Assembly (NCBI GenBank): GCA_050118655.1
Contig: JASFKL010000001.1
Location: 186-64,185, forward strand
DNA length: 64,000 bases
DNA from: Gammaproteobacteria bacterium
Lineage (GTDB): Bacteria > Pseudomonadota > Gammaproteobacteria > GCA-001735895
Reading direction: 5' to 3'
This document shows, one piece after another, positions 47,315 to 57,247 of the stretch (within the stretch, counting starts at the first letter, position 1; the number at the start of each line of letters is the position of its first letter). Position numbers and translations under genes: made by a program. The notes beneath the pieces are model-generated. The model worked only from the letters and a program-made list of their open reading frames with translations. It was not told where the DNA came from and searched no databases.

Positions 47315-48232
47315 ATGCAGCTCAACCAGATCCGCGCTTTTCTCGCTGTCGCCGAACTCGAGTCGTTTTCGCTCGCCGCCGAGCGCCTGCACGTCACCCA
47401 GCCCGCGGTCAGCAAGCGTGTCCGCCAACTCGAAAACAACCTGCGGGTGGAGCTGTTCGACCGTATCGGCAAGCGCAGCATCCTGACGCCCAACGGCCTC
47501 GCCTTCAAACCCCGCGCCGAGCGCATCCTCGAAGAATTGCAATCCTACCGCCAGGATCTCGCCCGGCAGCTGGGAACGCCCTCGGGCAGTCTGAGTTTCG
47601 CGACCAGCCACCACGTCGGGCTGCACCGCCTGCCGCAGGTGTTGCGCGAATTCAAGATCCGCTACCCGCAGGTCGACCTCGACCTGCAGTTCATGGATTC
47701 GGAGGATGCCTGCAGCGCGATCGCCGCCAACCAGCTGGAGCTGGCGATCGTCACCCTGCCCGAGGTCGTCGACGACAGGCTGATTTGCGAAACCGTCTGG
47801 ATAGACGAACTGGTCGCGGTCACCGCACCCGATCACGAACTCGCCGCGAGCGACGTGATCGATGCCGAAGAATTACTGCGCTACCCCGCCATCCTGCCGT
47901 CGCACGAAACCTTCACTCGCCGAATCATCGACAACCTGTTTGCCGACAACGACCGTCGGCTCGATATCATTCTCGAAACCAATTACCTGGAAACCATCAA
48001 GGTCATGGTGTCTGCCAACCTGGGATGGAGCATACTGCCGCGCAGCATGATCGACGCGAGCCTCATCGGGCATCGACTCGCCGGGCTCGACGCGCACCGT
48101 CGGCTGGGCATGGTGACGCGCAGGCATCGCAGCCTGTCCCCGGGTTCGAGCGCGATGCAGGAATTTTTGCGCGAGCTTGCCGCGACCCCGTCGCCGGCGG
48201 CCAATACGGCCGCCGGCCGGTCTACTGCATAA
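47315..48232 (+). CDS. LysR-family transcriptional regulator (divergent from leuCDB)
   Basis: The N-terminal wHTH is MQLNQIRAFLAVAELESFSLAAERLHVTQPAVSKRVRQLE, followed by a LysR substrate-binding body. Confidence 0.9.
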   Translation: MQLNQIRAFLAVAELESFSLAAERLHVTQPAVSKRVRQLENNLRVELFDRIGKRSILTPNGLAFKPRAERILEELQSYRQDLARQLGTPSGSLSFATSHHVGLHRLPQVLREFKIRYPQVDLDLQFMDSEDACSAIAANQLELAIVTLPEVVDDRLICETVWIDELVAVTAPDHELAASDVIDAEELLRYPAILPSHETFTRRIIDNLFADNDRRLDIILETNYLETIKVMVSANLGWSILPRSMIDASLIGHRLAGLDAHRRLGMVTRRHRSLSPGSSAMQEFLRELAATPSPAANTAAGRSTA

Positions 48233-48281
48233 CCCCTGGTTTGTTGCTATAGTCAGGACGTCACCATTCAAGGAGACTTCA

Positions 48282-48665
48282 ATGCGTCCTTTAATGAAAG
48301 TATCGATTCTTGTCGCTGCCATACTGCTCAGCGGCAACAGTTTCGCGGGTGAAGTCAGCCGGGCCATGTTCACCATCGGCATCGACAATCGCGAGCCCGT
48401 CATCATGGTCGACAGCATCGACAGCAGCGCCTACAACTCGATTTCTTTTTTCACCGAGTTGAAAGATCTCGAAGGTCATAACGTCACCCATCAATGGAAA
48501 TTCGACGGCAAGGTGATGTTCGAAAAAACCTTCGAGGTCAAGGGCGCCCGCTGGCGCGTGTGGACCAGCAAGACGCTGCTGCCTTCCTGGACCGGCGAGT
48601 GGACCGTCAACGTGCTCGATACCGATCGCACGGTACTCGCCAGCAAGACTTTCGAGTACCTGTAA
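48282..48665 (+). CDS. Small secreted protein, DUF2914-like
   Basis: Signal peptide MRPLMKVSILVAAILLSGNSFAG and strong RBS AAGGAGA. The pattern HQWKFDG...ARWRVWTSK...GEWTVNVLD resembles what I recall of DUF2914. Confidence 0.6.
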   Translation: MRPLMKVSILVAAILLSGNSFAGEVSRAMFTIGIDNREPVIMVDSIDSSAYNSISFFTELKDLEGHNVTHQWKFDGKVMFEKTFEVKGARWRVWTSKTLLPSWTGEWTVNVLDTDRTVLASKTFEYL

Positions 48666-48747
48666 ACTGTTCACGGCATGCCGTGCTTCATTCCCTGCCG
48701 GAGTGGAGAACGGCCCGCCGTTTCTGCCGTTTGCCGCGCTGACGACG

Positions 48748-49236
48748 ATGTACTGGCCGAAGAAAATTTTCATCGCGTTGACCGCGATCGTCCTGCTGCA
48801 GTCGGTCTTCTACTACCCGAAGATGCCGGCGGTGGTCGCCTCGCATTTCGATGCGCAGGGCGCGGCCAACGGCTGGTCCGGCAAGGAAGTTTTCTTCGGG
48901 CTTTACCTGGCTATCGTCCTGTTGCTGTTCGGGGTCTTCGGCTGGGTACCGAAGTGGATCGAATCACGCCCCGGCAAAAGCGTTAACATTCCCAATCGCG
49001 ATTACTGGCTGGCCCCGGAACGCAGGGCCGAAACCTGGGCCTTCTTCCGCCGCCAGATGATGCTGATGGGTGACCTGCATCTGTTGCTGGCGATTTTCGC
49101 CTTCCAGCTGGCGATCCTCGCCAACTTCGATCGGCCTCCTCGATTGCATCCGGCGATCGGCTGGGCGCTGGCTTTTTACTTCATCGTTTTCACCGCCTGG
49201 CTGATCCACTTTTTCCTGCATTTCAAAAGGCCGTGA
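48748..49236 (+). CDS. Membrane protein, DUF1648-like
   Basis: [43 protein letters not shown] plus three further hydrophobic helices. The ATG at 48748 was preferred to the track's GTG at 48703. Its stop overlaps the next gene's start (GTGA). Confidence 0.6.
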   Translation: MYWPKKIFIALTAIVLLQSVFYYPKMPAVVASHFDAQGAANGWSGKEVFFGLYLAIVLLLFGVFGWVPKWIESRPGKSVNIPNRDYWLAPERRAETWAFFRRQMMLMGDLHLLLAIFAFQLAILANFDRPPRLHPAIGWALAFYFIVFTAWLIHFFLHFKRP

Positions 49237-50264
49237 AGAGCCGCAAGATCATTCACGTGGTTTCCTGTCACGCCGAGGGCGAGGTCGGCGACGTTATCGT
49301 CGGCGGCGTCGCCCCGCCTCCCGGCGATAGCCTCTGGGAACAGTCGAGGTGGATCGACCGCGACGGCCGGCTGCGAAATTTCATGCTCAACGAACCCCGC
49401 GGCGGCGTGTTCAGGCATGTCAACCTGTTGCTGCCCGCGAGGCATCCCGACGCCGACTTCGGCTTCATCATCATGGAGCCCGAGCACACCCCGCCGATGT
49501 CCGGCTCCAACGCGATCTGCGTGGCGACCGTGCTGCTGGACAGCGGGCTGATCGAGATGCAGGAACCGGTCACCGAGTTTACGCTCGAAGCACCGGGCGG
49601 ACTGGTGCCGGTGAAGGCATTTTGCGAATACGGCAAGGCGCAGAGCATCGAGGTTGAAAACGTCGCGTGCTTCGCCGGGCGGCTCGATGCGCCGCTGGAA
49701 GTCGAAGGCGTCGGCACGCTCCGCGTCGACACCGCTTATGGCGGTGACAGTTTCGTCATCGTCGACGCCGCCGGCCTGGGCTTCGAGATTCGTCCCGAGG
49801 AGGCCGCCGAACTGGCGCGGACAGGCGGGCGCATCACGCGCGCGGCCAACGAACAGCTGGGCTTCGAACACCCGGAAAATCCGGACTGGTCGCATATCTC
49901 TTTTTGCCAGTTCGCATCGCCGATCGAGCAGGACGACGGCGTCCTGGTCAGCCGCAATGCCGTGGTCATCGACCCGGGCAAGCTGGACCGCTCTCCGACC
50001 GGCACCGGCTGCTCCGCGCGGATGGCGGTATTGCATGCCAGGGGCATGATGGGCACGGGCGACCGGCTGGTCGGCAAATCGATCCTCGGTTCGCGATTCG
50101 ATTGTCGTATCGTCGGCGAAACCCGGGTCGGCAGCAGGCCGGCGATCCTGCCCGCGATCCGCGGTCGCGCATGGATCACGGGCACCCATCAGTTATTGCT
50201 GGACCCCGACGATCCCTGGCCGGAGGGATACCGGCTCAGCGATACCTGGCCGCTGAAAACCTGA
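49233..50264 (+). CDS. Proline racemase / hydroxyproline epimerase superfamily protein with non-canonical catalytic residues
   Basis: [26 protein letters not shown] and [14 protein letters not shown]. The canonical MCGH and SPCGTG Cys positions read MSGS and SPTGTG here. Confidence 0.85.
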   Translation: MKSRKIIHVVSCHAEGEVGDVIVGGVAPPPGDSLWEQSRWIDRDGRLRNFMLNEPRGGVFRHVNLLLPARHPDADFGFIIMEPEHTPPMSGSNAICVATVLLDSGLIEMQEPVTEFTLEAPGGLVPVKAFCEYGKAQSIEVENVACFAGRLDAPLEVEGVGTLRVDTAYGGDSFVIVDAAGLGFEIRPEEAAELARTGGRITRAANEQLGFEHPENPDWSHISFCQFASPIEQDDGVLVSRNAVVIDPGKLDRSPTGTGCSARMAVLHARGMMGTGDRLVGKSILGSRFDCRIVGETRVGSRPAILPAIRGRAWITGTHQLLLDPDDPWPEGYRLSDTWPLKT

Positions 50265-50392
50265 TGACCGCCGGGTATCGAAGCGGGACGCCGCGGATCG
50301 CCTTGATCCCGGTCAAATTGTATCCGCGGGTCATGCCGATATAATTGCGCATTCTCGAAACCGGAATACCGGATTCATTATCGTGCCCTGAA

Positions 50393-51820
50393 ATGCCCGA
50401 ATCGCCAATGGAAAAAAACGTCAGCAGCCGCAACACCCACGATAAGGCGCTGCGCATCAATCTCGACGAAAAGAAATACGGCACCATCGTCGAGATCGGC
50501 GCCGGCCAGGAAGTCGCGCGCCAGTTTTTCAAGGCCGGGGCGGCCGCGGGAACCATCGCCAAGACCATGTCGGCATACGACATGCAGTTTTCCGATGCGA
50601 TTTACGGGGTCCAGGAAGACCGCCGCTACGTCAGCCACAGCCGGGTGGAGGCGATGCTGAAAAAGGAATTCCAGCTGGTCATCGACCGGGTCAGCAAAAT
50701 TCGCTCGGCCTCGTCGCGCTATTTTTCCTATGCCGCCACGGTGGCCGCCAAGAGTTTCAAGGGCAACAACGAGTGCCATGCCTGGTGCGGTATCCGGGTG
50801 CAGATGTATCCGGGCGCGGAGCCGTCCGACATCGTCATCCACGTACGCATGCGCGACGGCGACGCGGATCGCCAGCAGCAGGCGCTGGGTGTGTTCGGTG
50901 TCAACGTGATTTACGCGGCCTATTACTACTTCGAAAACCCGCAAACCCTGATCGATTCGCTGACCGATAACCTCGAGCAGGGGCGCATCGAAATCGACTC
51001 GATCGAATTTCAGGGCCCCTACTTCGAAGAAGTCGACAATCGCGCCATCAACCTGCACCTGATCCGCAGCTGGAAAACCCGCGCCATCATGTTCCGGCCC
51101 GACGGTTCGGTCGCCGTTCCGGCCGAAATGCTTCACAAGAAAAACGTGCTCACGATTCGCGGTACCTTCAAACCGGTAACCCGCCTCAACGTGGACATGA
51201 TCGAGCAGGGCCTGAAGGCTTTCACGGGCATGGACGGCGTGACCGTGGAAAACAGCGTCGCACTGGCCGAAATATCGCTCAACGACATGCAGGGTAACGA
51301 TCTCGGGGTATCCGGAGAAGACTTGATCGAGCGCGTCAGCCTGCTGAACAAGCTCGGCTACAGCGTGATGGTTTCGGATTACACGCGGTACTTTTCGCTG
51401 CGCGCCTATTTCCGCCAGTTCACCAAGCTGCAGATCGGCATCGTCCTCGGGATCATGAACATCCGGCAGATTTTCGACGAGAACAGCTACCGCGGGGTCG
51501 AAGGCGGTATCCTCGAAGGTTTCGGCAAGCTGTTCCCCGATAATACGCGGCTGCTGGTTTACCCCGAAATCGACAACGCCGGGGAATATGTGGACTATCA
51601 AAGCGTCGTTTTACCGACGAATCTGCAATACCTGTATCGCCACCTGCTGGAGAACCATTTCATCTTCGGCATCGAAGCCAGCGACCGCGAACTGTTCAAG
51701 ATTCATTCGCGCGAGGTGCTCAAGCAATTGCCGGACGGCAGGGGCGACTGGGAAGCCTGTCTGCCCGAGGGTATAGCCGAGGAAATCATCGAGCGAAGGC
51801 TGTTCGGCTACCGGGACTGA
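50393..51820 (+). CDS. Conserved-looking hypothetical protein, about 475 aa, no domain recognised
   Basis: A long ORF with backbone-like codon usage and no visible TM segment. The N-terminal region reads KALRINLDEKKYGTIVEIGAGQEVARQFFKAGAAAGTIAKTMSAYD. The start is uncertain (ATG 50393 or 50408; the track's TTG 50345 would overlap a candidate -10). Confidence 0.7.
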   Translation: MPESPMEKNVSSRNTHDKALRINLDEKKYGTIVEIGAGQEVARQFFKAGAAAGTIAKTMSAYDMQFSDAIYGVQEDRRYVSHSRVEAMLKKEFQLVIDRVSKIRSASSRYFSYAATVAAKSFKGNNECHAWCGIRVQMYPGAEPSDIVIHVRMRDGDADRQQQALGVFGVNVIYAAYYYFENPQTLIDSLTDNLEQGRIEIDSIEFQGPYFEEVDNRAINLHLIRSWKTRAIMFRPDGSVAVPAEMLHKKNVLTIRGTFKPVTRLNVDMIEQGLKAFTGMDGVTVENSVALAEISLNDMQGNDLGVSGEDLIERVSLLNKLGYSVMVSDYTRYFSLRAYFRQFTKLQIGIVLGIMNIRQIFDENSYRGVEGGILEGFGKLFPDNTRLLVYPEIDNAGEYVDYQSVVLPTNLQYLYRHLLENHFIFGIEASDRELFKIHSREVLKQLPDGRGDWEACLPEGIAEEIIERRLFGYRD

Positions 51821-51847
51821 AACGCCCGCGCACGGATTTGCCGGGGT

Positions 51848-53062
51848 TCAGGCGATAATCCCCGCAGCGCGGAGTTTTTCGAGATCTCCGGCGTCCAGCT
51901 CGAGCAATCGCGAGAGAACCTCGTCGGTGTGCTGGCCGAGCAACGGCGGGGCCTGCCGATAGTCGATCGGCGTACGCGACAGCCGGATCGGGTTGGCGAC
52001 GCTGGCGACGCTGCCGGCCGACGGGTGATCGAGCTGCAGCTGCAGACCGCGTGCCTTGACCTGCGGATCGTCGAAAACCTGATCGATTTCATTGATCGGT
52101 CCGCAGGGAATCCCCTCGGAGTTGAGTGCCTCCAGCCACGCGGCGGCGGATTTTTCACGCATGATTTCGGCGACCCGGGGAACCAGCAGGTCGCGATGCT
52201 CGACGCGCGCGCGATTGCTGCGAAAACGGGGGTCCTCCGCGAGTTCGGAGCGACCGGCGAGAGCGCAGAAGCGCGCGAACTGGGAATCGTTACCGACCGC
52301 CAGGATGATATAGCCGTCGCTGGTCTGAAACGCCTGGTAAGGGACGATATTGGGATGCGCATTGCCGAGCCGGCGCGGGTTTTCGCCGCTGGCGAGATAA
52401 TTCATCGCCTGGTTGGCGAGCGCGGCCACCTGCACGTCGAGCAGGGCCATATCGATATATTGTCCCTCGCCCGTCGCGCGCTGGTGAAGCAATGCCGCCT
52501 GGATCGCGTTGGCCGCGTACAGGCCGGTCAGGATGTCGGCCAGCGCCACGCCGATCTTCATCGGCTGACCGTCGGCCTCGCCGGTGACGCTCATCAATCC
52601 GCCCATCGCCTGGATCATGAAATCGTAGCCGGCGCGCGCCGCGTAAGGGCCGTCCTGGCCGAAACCGGTGATCGAGCAATACACCAGGGAAGGATTGATT
52701 TCTTGCAGGCTGTCGTAGTCGAGGCCGTATTTTTCCAGACCGCCGACCTTGAAGTTTTCGATCAATACGTCGGCGAGACGGGCGAGCTCGCGGATCAACT
52801 CCTGCCCGCCGGGTTGCGACATGTCGATGCATACCGACTGCTTGCCGCGGTTGGCGCTGTGAAAATAGGCCGATTCTGAACCCGGTTTGCCGTCGCGATC
52901 CGGCATGTAGGGCGGACCCCAGCCGCGCGTATCGTCGCCGCTGCCGGGACGCTCGACCTTGATCACCTCGGCGCCGAGATCGGCGAGCATCTGGCTGGCC
53001 CAGGGCCCGGCGAGGATGCGGCTCAGATCCAGTACCCGCACGCCGGCGAGTGGTCCAGACAT
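51848..53062 (-). CDS. Family III (CaiB/BaiF) CoA-transferase, glutarate/succinate CoA-transferase-like
   Basis: GVRVLDLSRILAGPWASQMLADLGAEVIKVERPGSGDDTRGW. It lies immediately downstream of gcdH with a 0-nt gap, as in the gcdH-gcdG pair of pseudomonads. Confidence 0.88.
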   Translation of the reverse strand: MSGPLAGVRVLDLSRILAGPWASQMLADLGAEVIKVERPGSGDDTRGWGPPYMPDRDGKPGSESAYFHSANRGKQSVCIDMSQPGGQELIRELARLADVLIENFKVGGLEKYGLDYDSLQEINPSLVYCSITGFGQDGPYAARAGYDFMIQAMGGLMSVTGEADGQPMKIGVALADILTGLYAANAIQAALLHQRATGEGQYIDMALLDVQVAALANQAMNYLASGENPRRLGNAHPNIVPYQAFQTSDGYIILAVGNDSQFARFCALAGRSELAEDPRFRSNRARVEHRDLLVPRVAEIMREKSAAAWLEALNSEGIPCGPINEIDQVFDDPQVKARGLQLQLDHPSAGSVASVANPIRLSRTPIDYRQAPPLLGQHTDEVLSRLLELDAGDLEKLRAAGIIA

Positions 53063-54247
53063 CTAGAAGAATGCCTGGATGCCGGTTTGCGCCCTGCCCA
53101 GGATCAGGGCGTGGATATCGTGGGTACCCTCGTAGGTATTGACCGCCTCGAGGTTCATCGCGTGGCGGATGACGTGATACTCGTCGGCGACCCCGTTACC
53201 GCCGTGCATGTCGCGTGCGACGCGGGCGATGTCGAGCGCCTTGCCGCAGTTATTGCGTTTCATCATCGACACCAGCTCCACCGGGCAGTTGCCGGCATCC
53301 ATCAGGCGCCCCATTTGCAGGCAACCCTGCAACCCCAGGGTGATCTCGGTCTGCATGTCGGCGAGCTTCTTTTGCACCAGCTGGGTCGCCGCCAGCGGCC
53401 GGCCGAACTGGTTGCGGTCGAGCGTGTACTGGCGCGCGGCGTGCCAGCAGAATTCGGCCGCGCCCATGCTACCCCAGGCGATACCGAAACGCGCCCGCGT
53501 CAGGCAGCCGAAAGGCCCCTTCAGGCCCTCGACGTTCGGCAACAGGTTTTCCTCCGGCACGAAAACGTCCTGCATCGCGATTTCACCGGTTACCGAGGCG
53601 CGCAGCGAAAACTTGCCTTCGATCCCGGGTGTCGTCAATCCGTCCATGCCGCGCTCGAGGATAAAACCGCGAATCACGTCGTCGAGCTTGGCCCAGACAA
53701 CGAAAACGTCGGCGATCGGCGAATTGGTGATCCACATTTTGGCTCCCTTGAGCCGATATCCGCCGTCGACCGCGGTGGCCGTGGTTTTCATGCTCGCGGG
53801 ATCCGATCCGGCATCGGGTTCGGTGAGCCCGAAACATCCCACCAGCTCGCCGCTGGCGAGCCCGGGCAGATACTTGCCGCGCTGTTCGTCGCTACCGTAG
53901 GCATAAATCGGATACATGACCAGCGACGACTGCACGCTCATCGCCGAGCGGTAACCGCTGTCGACGCGCTCGACCTCGCGCGCGATCAACCCATAGGACA
54001 CGTAGTTGACGCCGGCACAGCCGTATTCCTCGGGAAGCGTCGCTCCCAGCAATCCCAGCTGGCCGAATTCGTTCATGATTTCGCGATCGAACACCTCGTC
54101 GCGATTGGCCCTGCGGATGCGCGGCATCAATTGCTGCTGGCAGTAGTCGCGGGCCGCATCGCGGATCAGGCGCTCCTCGTCGGCGAGCTGCTGCTCGAAA
54201 AACATCGGATCCTGCCAGTCGAAAGTTACGCGTTTTGCTTGGGTCAT
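53063..54247 (-). CDS. gcdH: Glutaryl-CoA dehydrogenase
   Basis: [22 protein letters not shown]...[14 protein letters not shown]...[14 protein letters not shown] is an acyl-CoA dehydrogenase of the glutaryl type. Confidence 0.92.
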   Translation of the reverse strand: MTQAKRVTFDWQDPMFFEQQLADEERLIRDAARDYCQQQLMPRIRRANRDEVFDREIMNEFGQLGLLGATLPEEYGCAGVNYVSYGLIAREVERVDSGYRSAMSVQSSLVMYPIYAYGSDEQRGKYLPGLASGELVGCFGLTEPDAGSDPASMKTTATAVDGGYRLKGAKMWITNSPIADVFVVWAKLDDVIRGFILERGMDGLTTPGIEGKFSLRASVTGEIAMQDVFVPEENLLPNVEGLKGPFGCLTRARFGIAWGSMGAAEFCWHAARQYTLDRNQFGRPLAATQLVQKKLADMQTEITLGLQGCLQMGRLMDAGNCPVELVSMMKRNNCGKALDIARVARDMHGGNGVADEYHVIRHAMNLEAVNTYEGTHDIHALILGRAQTGIQAFF

Positions 54248-54306
54248 GGGTTATAGAGGCTCGAAGACGGAGACCAGATTTTATCGCCGTGCGCGCAGAT
54301 TGCCAG

Positions 54307-55638
54307 TCAATTTCCGCTCCCCGCGTTCGAACTCGCGGCACCGGGCCCGCGCCGATCGGCGATTTGCAACGCCAGGGTTCCGTAGTTGTAATAAGCGGCG
54401 CGAAGCTTGCGCCAGTGCTCGCGATGGACCGCCTCCACGGGAAACGGAAAATCGCGCAAATCGTCCCTGACCAGGGCCTCGGCCAGGTGTTTGCCGATCA
54501 CCGTGCCCGGACCGATACCGCGCCCGTTGTAACCCGCCGGCGCATAGATTCCCGGGGCGATCAGCTGCACGCGCAGAATCTTGCTGTCGGTAACCCCGAC
54601 CTGCCCGCTCCAGCGATACACCCAGCGCAGGCCCCGGGTTTGCGGAAACAGGCGGTTGCGATTGCGCGTCATCCAGTTTTCGCGCGGCGCGCGCTGGTAT
54701 CCGGCCAGTCTCCCCGCACTACTCATGATCAGCCTTCCGGCCGAATCGACCCGCGACGACGTCATCAGGCTCTGCGTATCCCAGAGACCCTGTCGCTGCG
54801 GGATGATGCGCGCGGCGAGCTCGGGCGACAGCGGTTCGCTGGCGCACTGGAAGATGAACACCGGCAGGGTCGACGCACGCACCTGCGCGTTATTTCGATC
54901 GGCATAGGCATTGGTCGCGAGGATGACCCGCGACGCGGAAACTTCGCCGGCGGCGGTGCTTGCCAGCCAGCGATCCTGCCTGCGCTCGAGACTCGATATA
55001 GCGGAGTCCTGGAAGATCCGCGCCCCCGCACCGAGCGCGGCCGCGGCCAGCGAGCGAGCGTAATTGAGCGGATGAATGGTGCCGGCACCGGGATCGAGGA
55101 TACCCCCATAGCGATAGCAGGGCGACGCCGATATCCTCGACGCGGCCGGGCCGTCGATCAGTTCGACCGCGGCGCCCAGCGCCTGCAGTTGGCTACAGCG
55201 ATCCTCGAGCGTCTTCATCGCCGCGGCACTGTGCGCGATATGTACCGTGCCGGCGCGCCGCGCTTCGCAGTTCATCGAAAACCGTTCGATCAGCTCGAAG
55301 ACCAGCGCCGGCGAGTCCCTTAGCGCCCGGTAGAATCGCTCGCCCTTGTCCGCGCCGAGTTGCCGGGCCACGTGACGCGGATCTTTCCACACTCCCGCGT
55401 TAACCAGGCCGGCGTTGCGCCCCGACCCGCCGAAGCCGATCGACCTGGCCTCCAGCAAGACCACGTCGACACCCTGCTCGGCGAGGTGCAGGGCGCTCGA
55501 CAGGCCCGTATACCCGCCGCCGACGACGAGCACGTCCGCGCGCAGCGATTCCCGCAGGCGATCGTCGACCGGGTTGTCGATTGCAGTTGCTCCCCAGAGC
55601 GAGTTTTCTCCGGGATCCTGCGGTAAAAAGTCTGCCAT
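54307..55638 (-). CDS. FAD-dependent oxidoreductase (DAO family, gamma-glutamylputrescine-oxidase-like)
   Basis: The dinucleotide fold is DVLVVGGGYTGLSSALHLAEQG...GGSGRNAG. The start was moved to the ATG at 55638 (MADFLPQ). Confidence 0.85.
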   Translation of the reverse strand: MADFLPQDPGENSLWGATAIDNPVDDRLRESLRADVLVVGGGYTGLSSALHLAEQGVDVVLLEARSIGFGGSGRNAGLVNAGVWKDPRHVARQLGADKGERFYRALRDSPALVFELIERFSMNCEARRAGTVHIAHSAAAMKTLEDRCSQLQALGAAVELIDGPAASRISASPCYRYGGILDPGAGTIHPLNYARSLAAAALGAGARIFQDSAISSLERRQDRWLASTAAGEVSASRVILATNAYADRNNAQVRASTLPVFIFQCASEPLSPELAARIIPQRQGLWDTQSLMTSSRVDSAGRLIMSSAGRLAGYQRAPRENWMTRNRNRLFPQTRGLRWVYRWSGQVGVTDSKILRVQLIAPGIYAPAGYNGRGIGPGTVIGKHLAEALVRDDLRDFPFPVEAVHREHWRKLRAAYYNYGTLALQIADRRGPGAASSNAGSGN

Positions 55639-55808
55639 GGCGTTGCTTCTGTGGACGACGCCGGAATTGTCCGCGATCCGTGGTTTTATTGCCAGTCCGC
55701 GCATTATATCAGCATTGCGCATGCACTCATTCGGCTCATGCGATATACGGGCTAGCCAAGGCAGGAAAAATCGATAAGAATCCGGGAATTGAAATCAGTG
55801 GAGCCTTC

Positions 55809-57245
55809 ATGAGCGTCGACGAGTTGTGTTATCTGACCGCCGCGCAGGCGATCGGCAAATTTACCGACGGCAGCCTGTCGCCGGTCGACCTGATGCAGGC
55901 GATAGCCAGCCGCACCGATGCCGTCGAGCCGTCGGTCAATGCCTTCACCGAAACCTGGTTCGAAGACGCGCTGGAAAAGGCGCGCGAGGCCGAGGCGCGT
56001 TACCGCAACGGAACCCAGCGCCCGCTCGAAGGCATTCCGCTCGCGGTCAAGGATGAATTCAAGCTCGCGGGCCGGCGGCGTACTTCGGGTTCGCTGGTTT
56101 ACCGCGATCGGGTCGACGACGAAAGCGACGTCATTATTCAACGATTGCTCGACGCCGGCGCGATCGCGCATGCGAAAACCGTGACACCCGAATTCTGCCT
56201 GCTGGGCTCCTGCCATTCGCGCCTCTGGGGGGTGACCCGAAACCCGTGGAACCTCGATATCACCAGCGGCGGTTCGTCCGGGGGTTCGGGAGTCTCGCTC
56301 GCCGCCGGCACCACGATCATCGCCACCGGCACCGATATCGGCGGATCGATTCGCATCCCGTCGGCACTCTGCGGAACCGTCGGTTACAAACCGCCTTACG
56401 GCAGGAACCCGGAAATCCCCGTATTCAACCTCGATTTCTACAGCCATTCGGGACCGATGACACGCAGTGTCGGCGATGCCGCGATGATGCAGAATATCGT
56501 CTCGGGCGTGCACAACCGCGATATCGCCAGTCTGCGCGAAAAACTGGTGCTCGACGCCTCGATCCCGGCCGATCTCTCGGGCTGGAAAATCGGCTATTCG
56601 CTCGATCTCGGCTTCATGGAAGTCGATGCCTCGGTGCGCGACAATACCCTCGCCGCGCTGGATATCCTGCGCGGACTCGGCGCGCAGGTCGACGAGGTCG
56701 AACTCGGCTGGGACGAAGCGATCATCCAGGCGGCGCACAGCTACTGGGCGCACGGCTGGGCCGCGCCGATGGAACGCCTGCTCGACGAACATCGCGATCA
56801 ACTCTGCGACTACACGGTCTGGTTCGTCGAAAACTCCCGCCGCTCGACGCCGCGCGACTACCTCGAATCGATCGAGACCGCGGTAGGTATGTACGACCGC
56901 TTCGGTCCGCTGATGGATGAGCTCGACCTGTTCGTCTGCCCGACCCTGATGACCACCGGGATACCGAACGACAGTACCTGGCCCGATAACGAGGTCGAAA
57001 TCAACGGCCGGATTCACCGGCTCAGCGAAGAGCACTGGTCGGCGACTTATCCGTTCAATATGCTGAGCCGTTGCCCGGTGATTTCGATGCCCAGCGGCCT
57101 GGCCGCCAACGGGGTGCCCACCGCGGTACAATTCGTCGCCCGGACTTACGACGATCAGCGGGTTTTCAGTGCCGCGCTGGCTTACGAGCAGGCCTTCGAG
57201 CGCCCCCTTTACCAACTCGATAAACGCATTTCAGCCGGAGAATAG
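55809..57245 (+). CDS. Amidase-signature family amidohydrolase
   Basis: GIPLAVKDEF...GGSSGGSGVSLAAG...GTDIGGSIRIPS contains the Ser-cisSer-Lys signature. The start was moved to the ATG at 55809. Confidence 0.9.
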   Translation: MSVDELCYLTAAQAIGKFTDGSLSPVDLMQAIASRTDAVEPSVNAFTETWFEDALEKAREAEARYRNGTQRPLEGIPLAVKDEFKLAGRRRTSGSLVYRDRVDDESDVIIQRLLDAGAIAHAKTVTPEFCLLGSCHSRLWGVTRNPWNLDITSGGSSGGSGVSLAAGTTIIATGTDIGGSIRIPSALCGTVGYKPPYGRNPEIPVFNLDFYSHSGPMTRSVGDAAMMQNIVSGVHNRDIASLREKLVLDASIPADLSGWKIGYSLDLGFMEVDASVRDNTLAALDILRGLGAQVDEVELGWDEAIIQAAHSYWAHGWAAPMERLLDEHRDQLCDYTVWFVENSRRSTPRDYLESIETAVGMYDRFGPLMDELDLFVCPTLMTTGIPNDSTWPDNEVEINGRIHRLSEEHWSATYPFNMLSRCPVISMPSGLAANGVPTAVQFVARTYDDQRVFSAALAYEQAFERPLYQLDKRISAGE

Positions 57246-57247
57246 CG

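Noticed and set aside
55752-57215. 487-aa ORF antisense to the amidase
   Set aside because: It is a shadow ORF. The sense strand carries the complete amidase signature GGSSGGS...GGSIRIPS.
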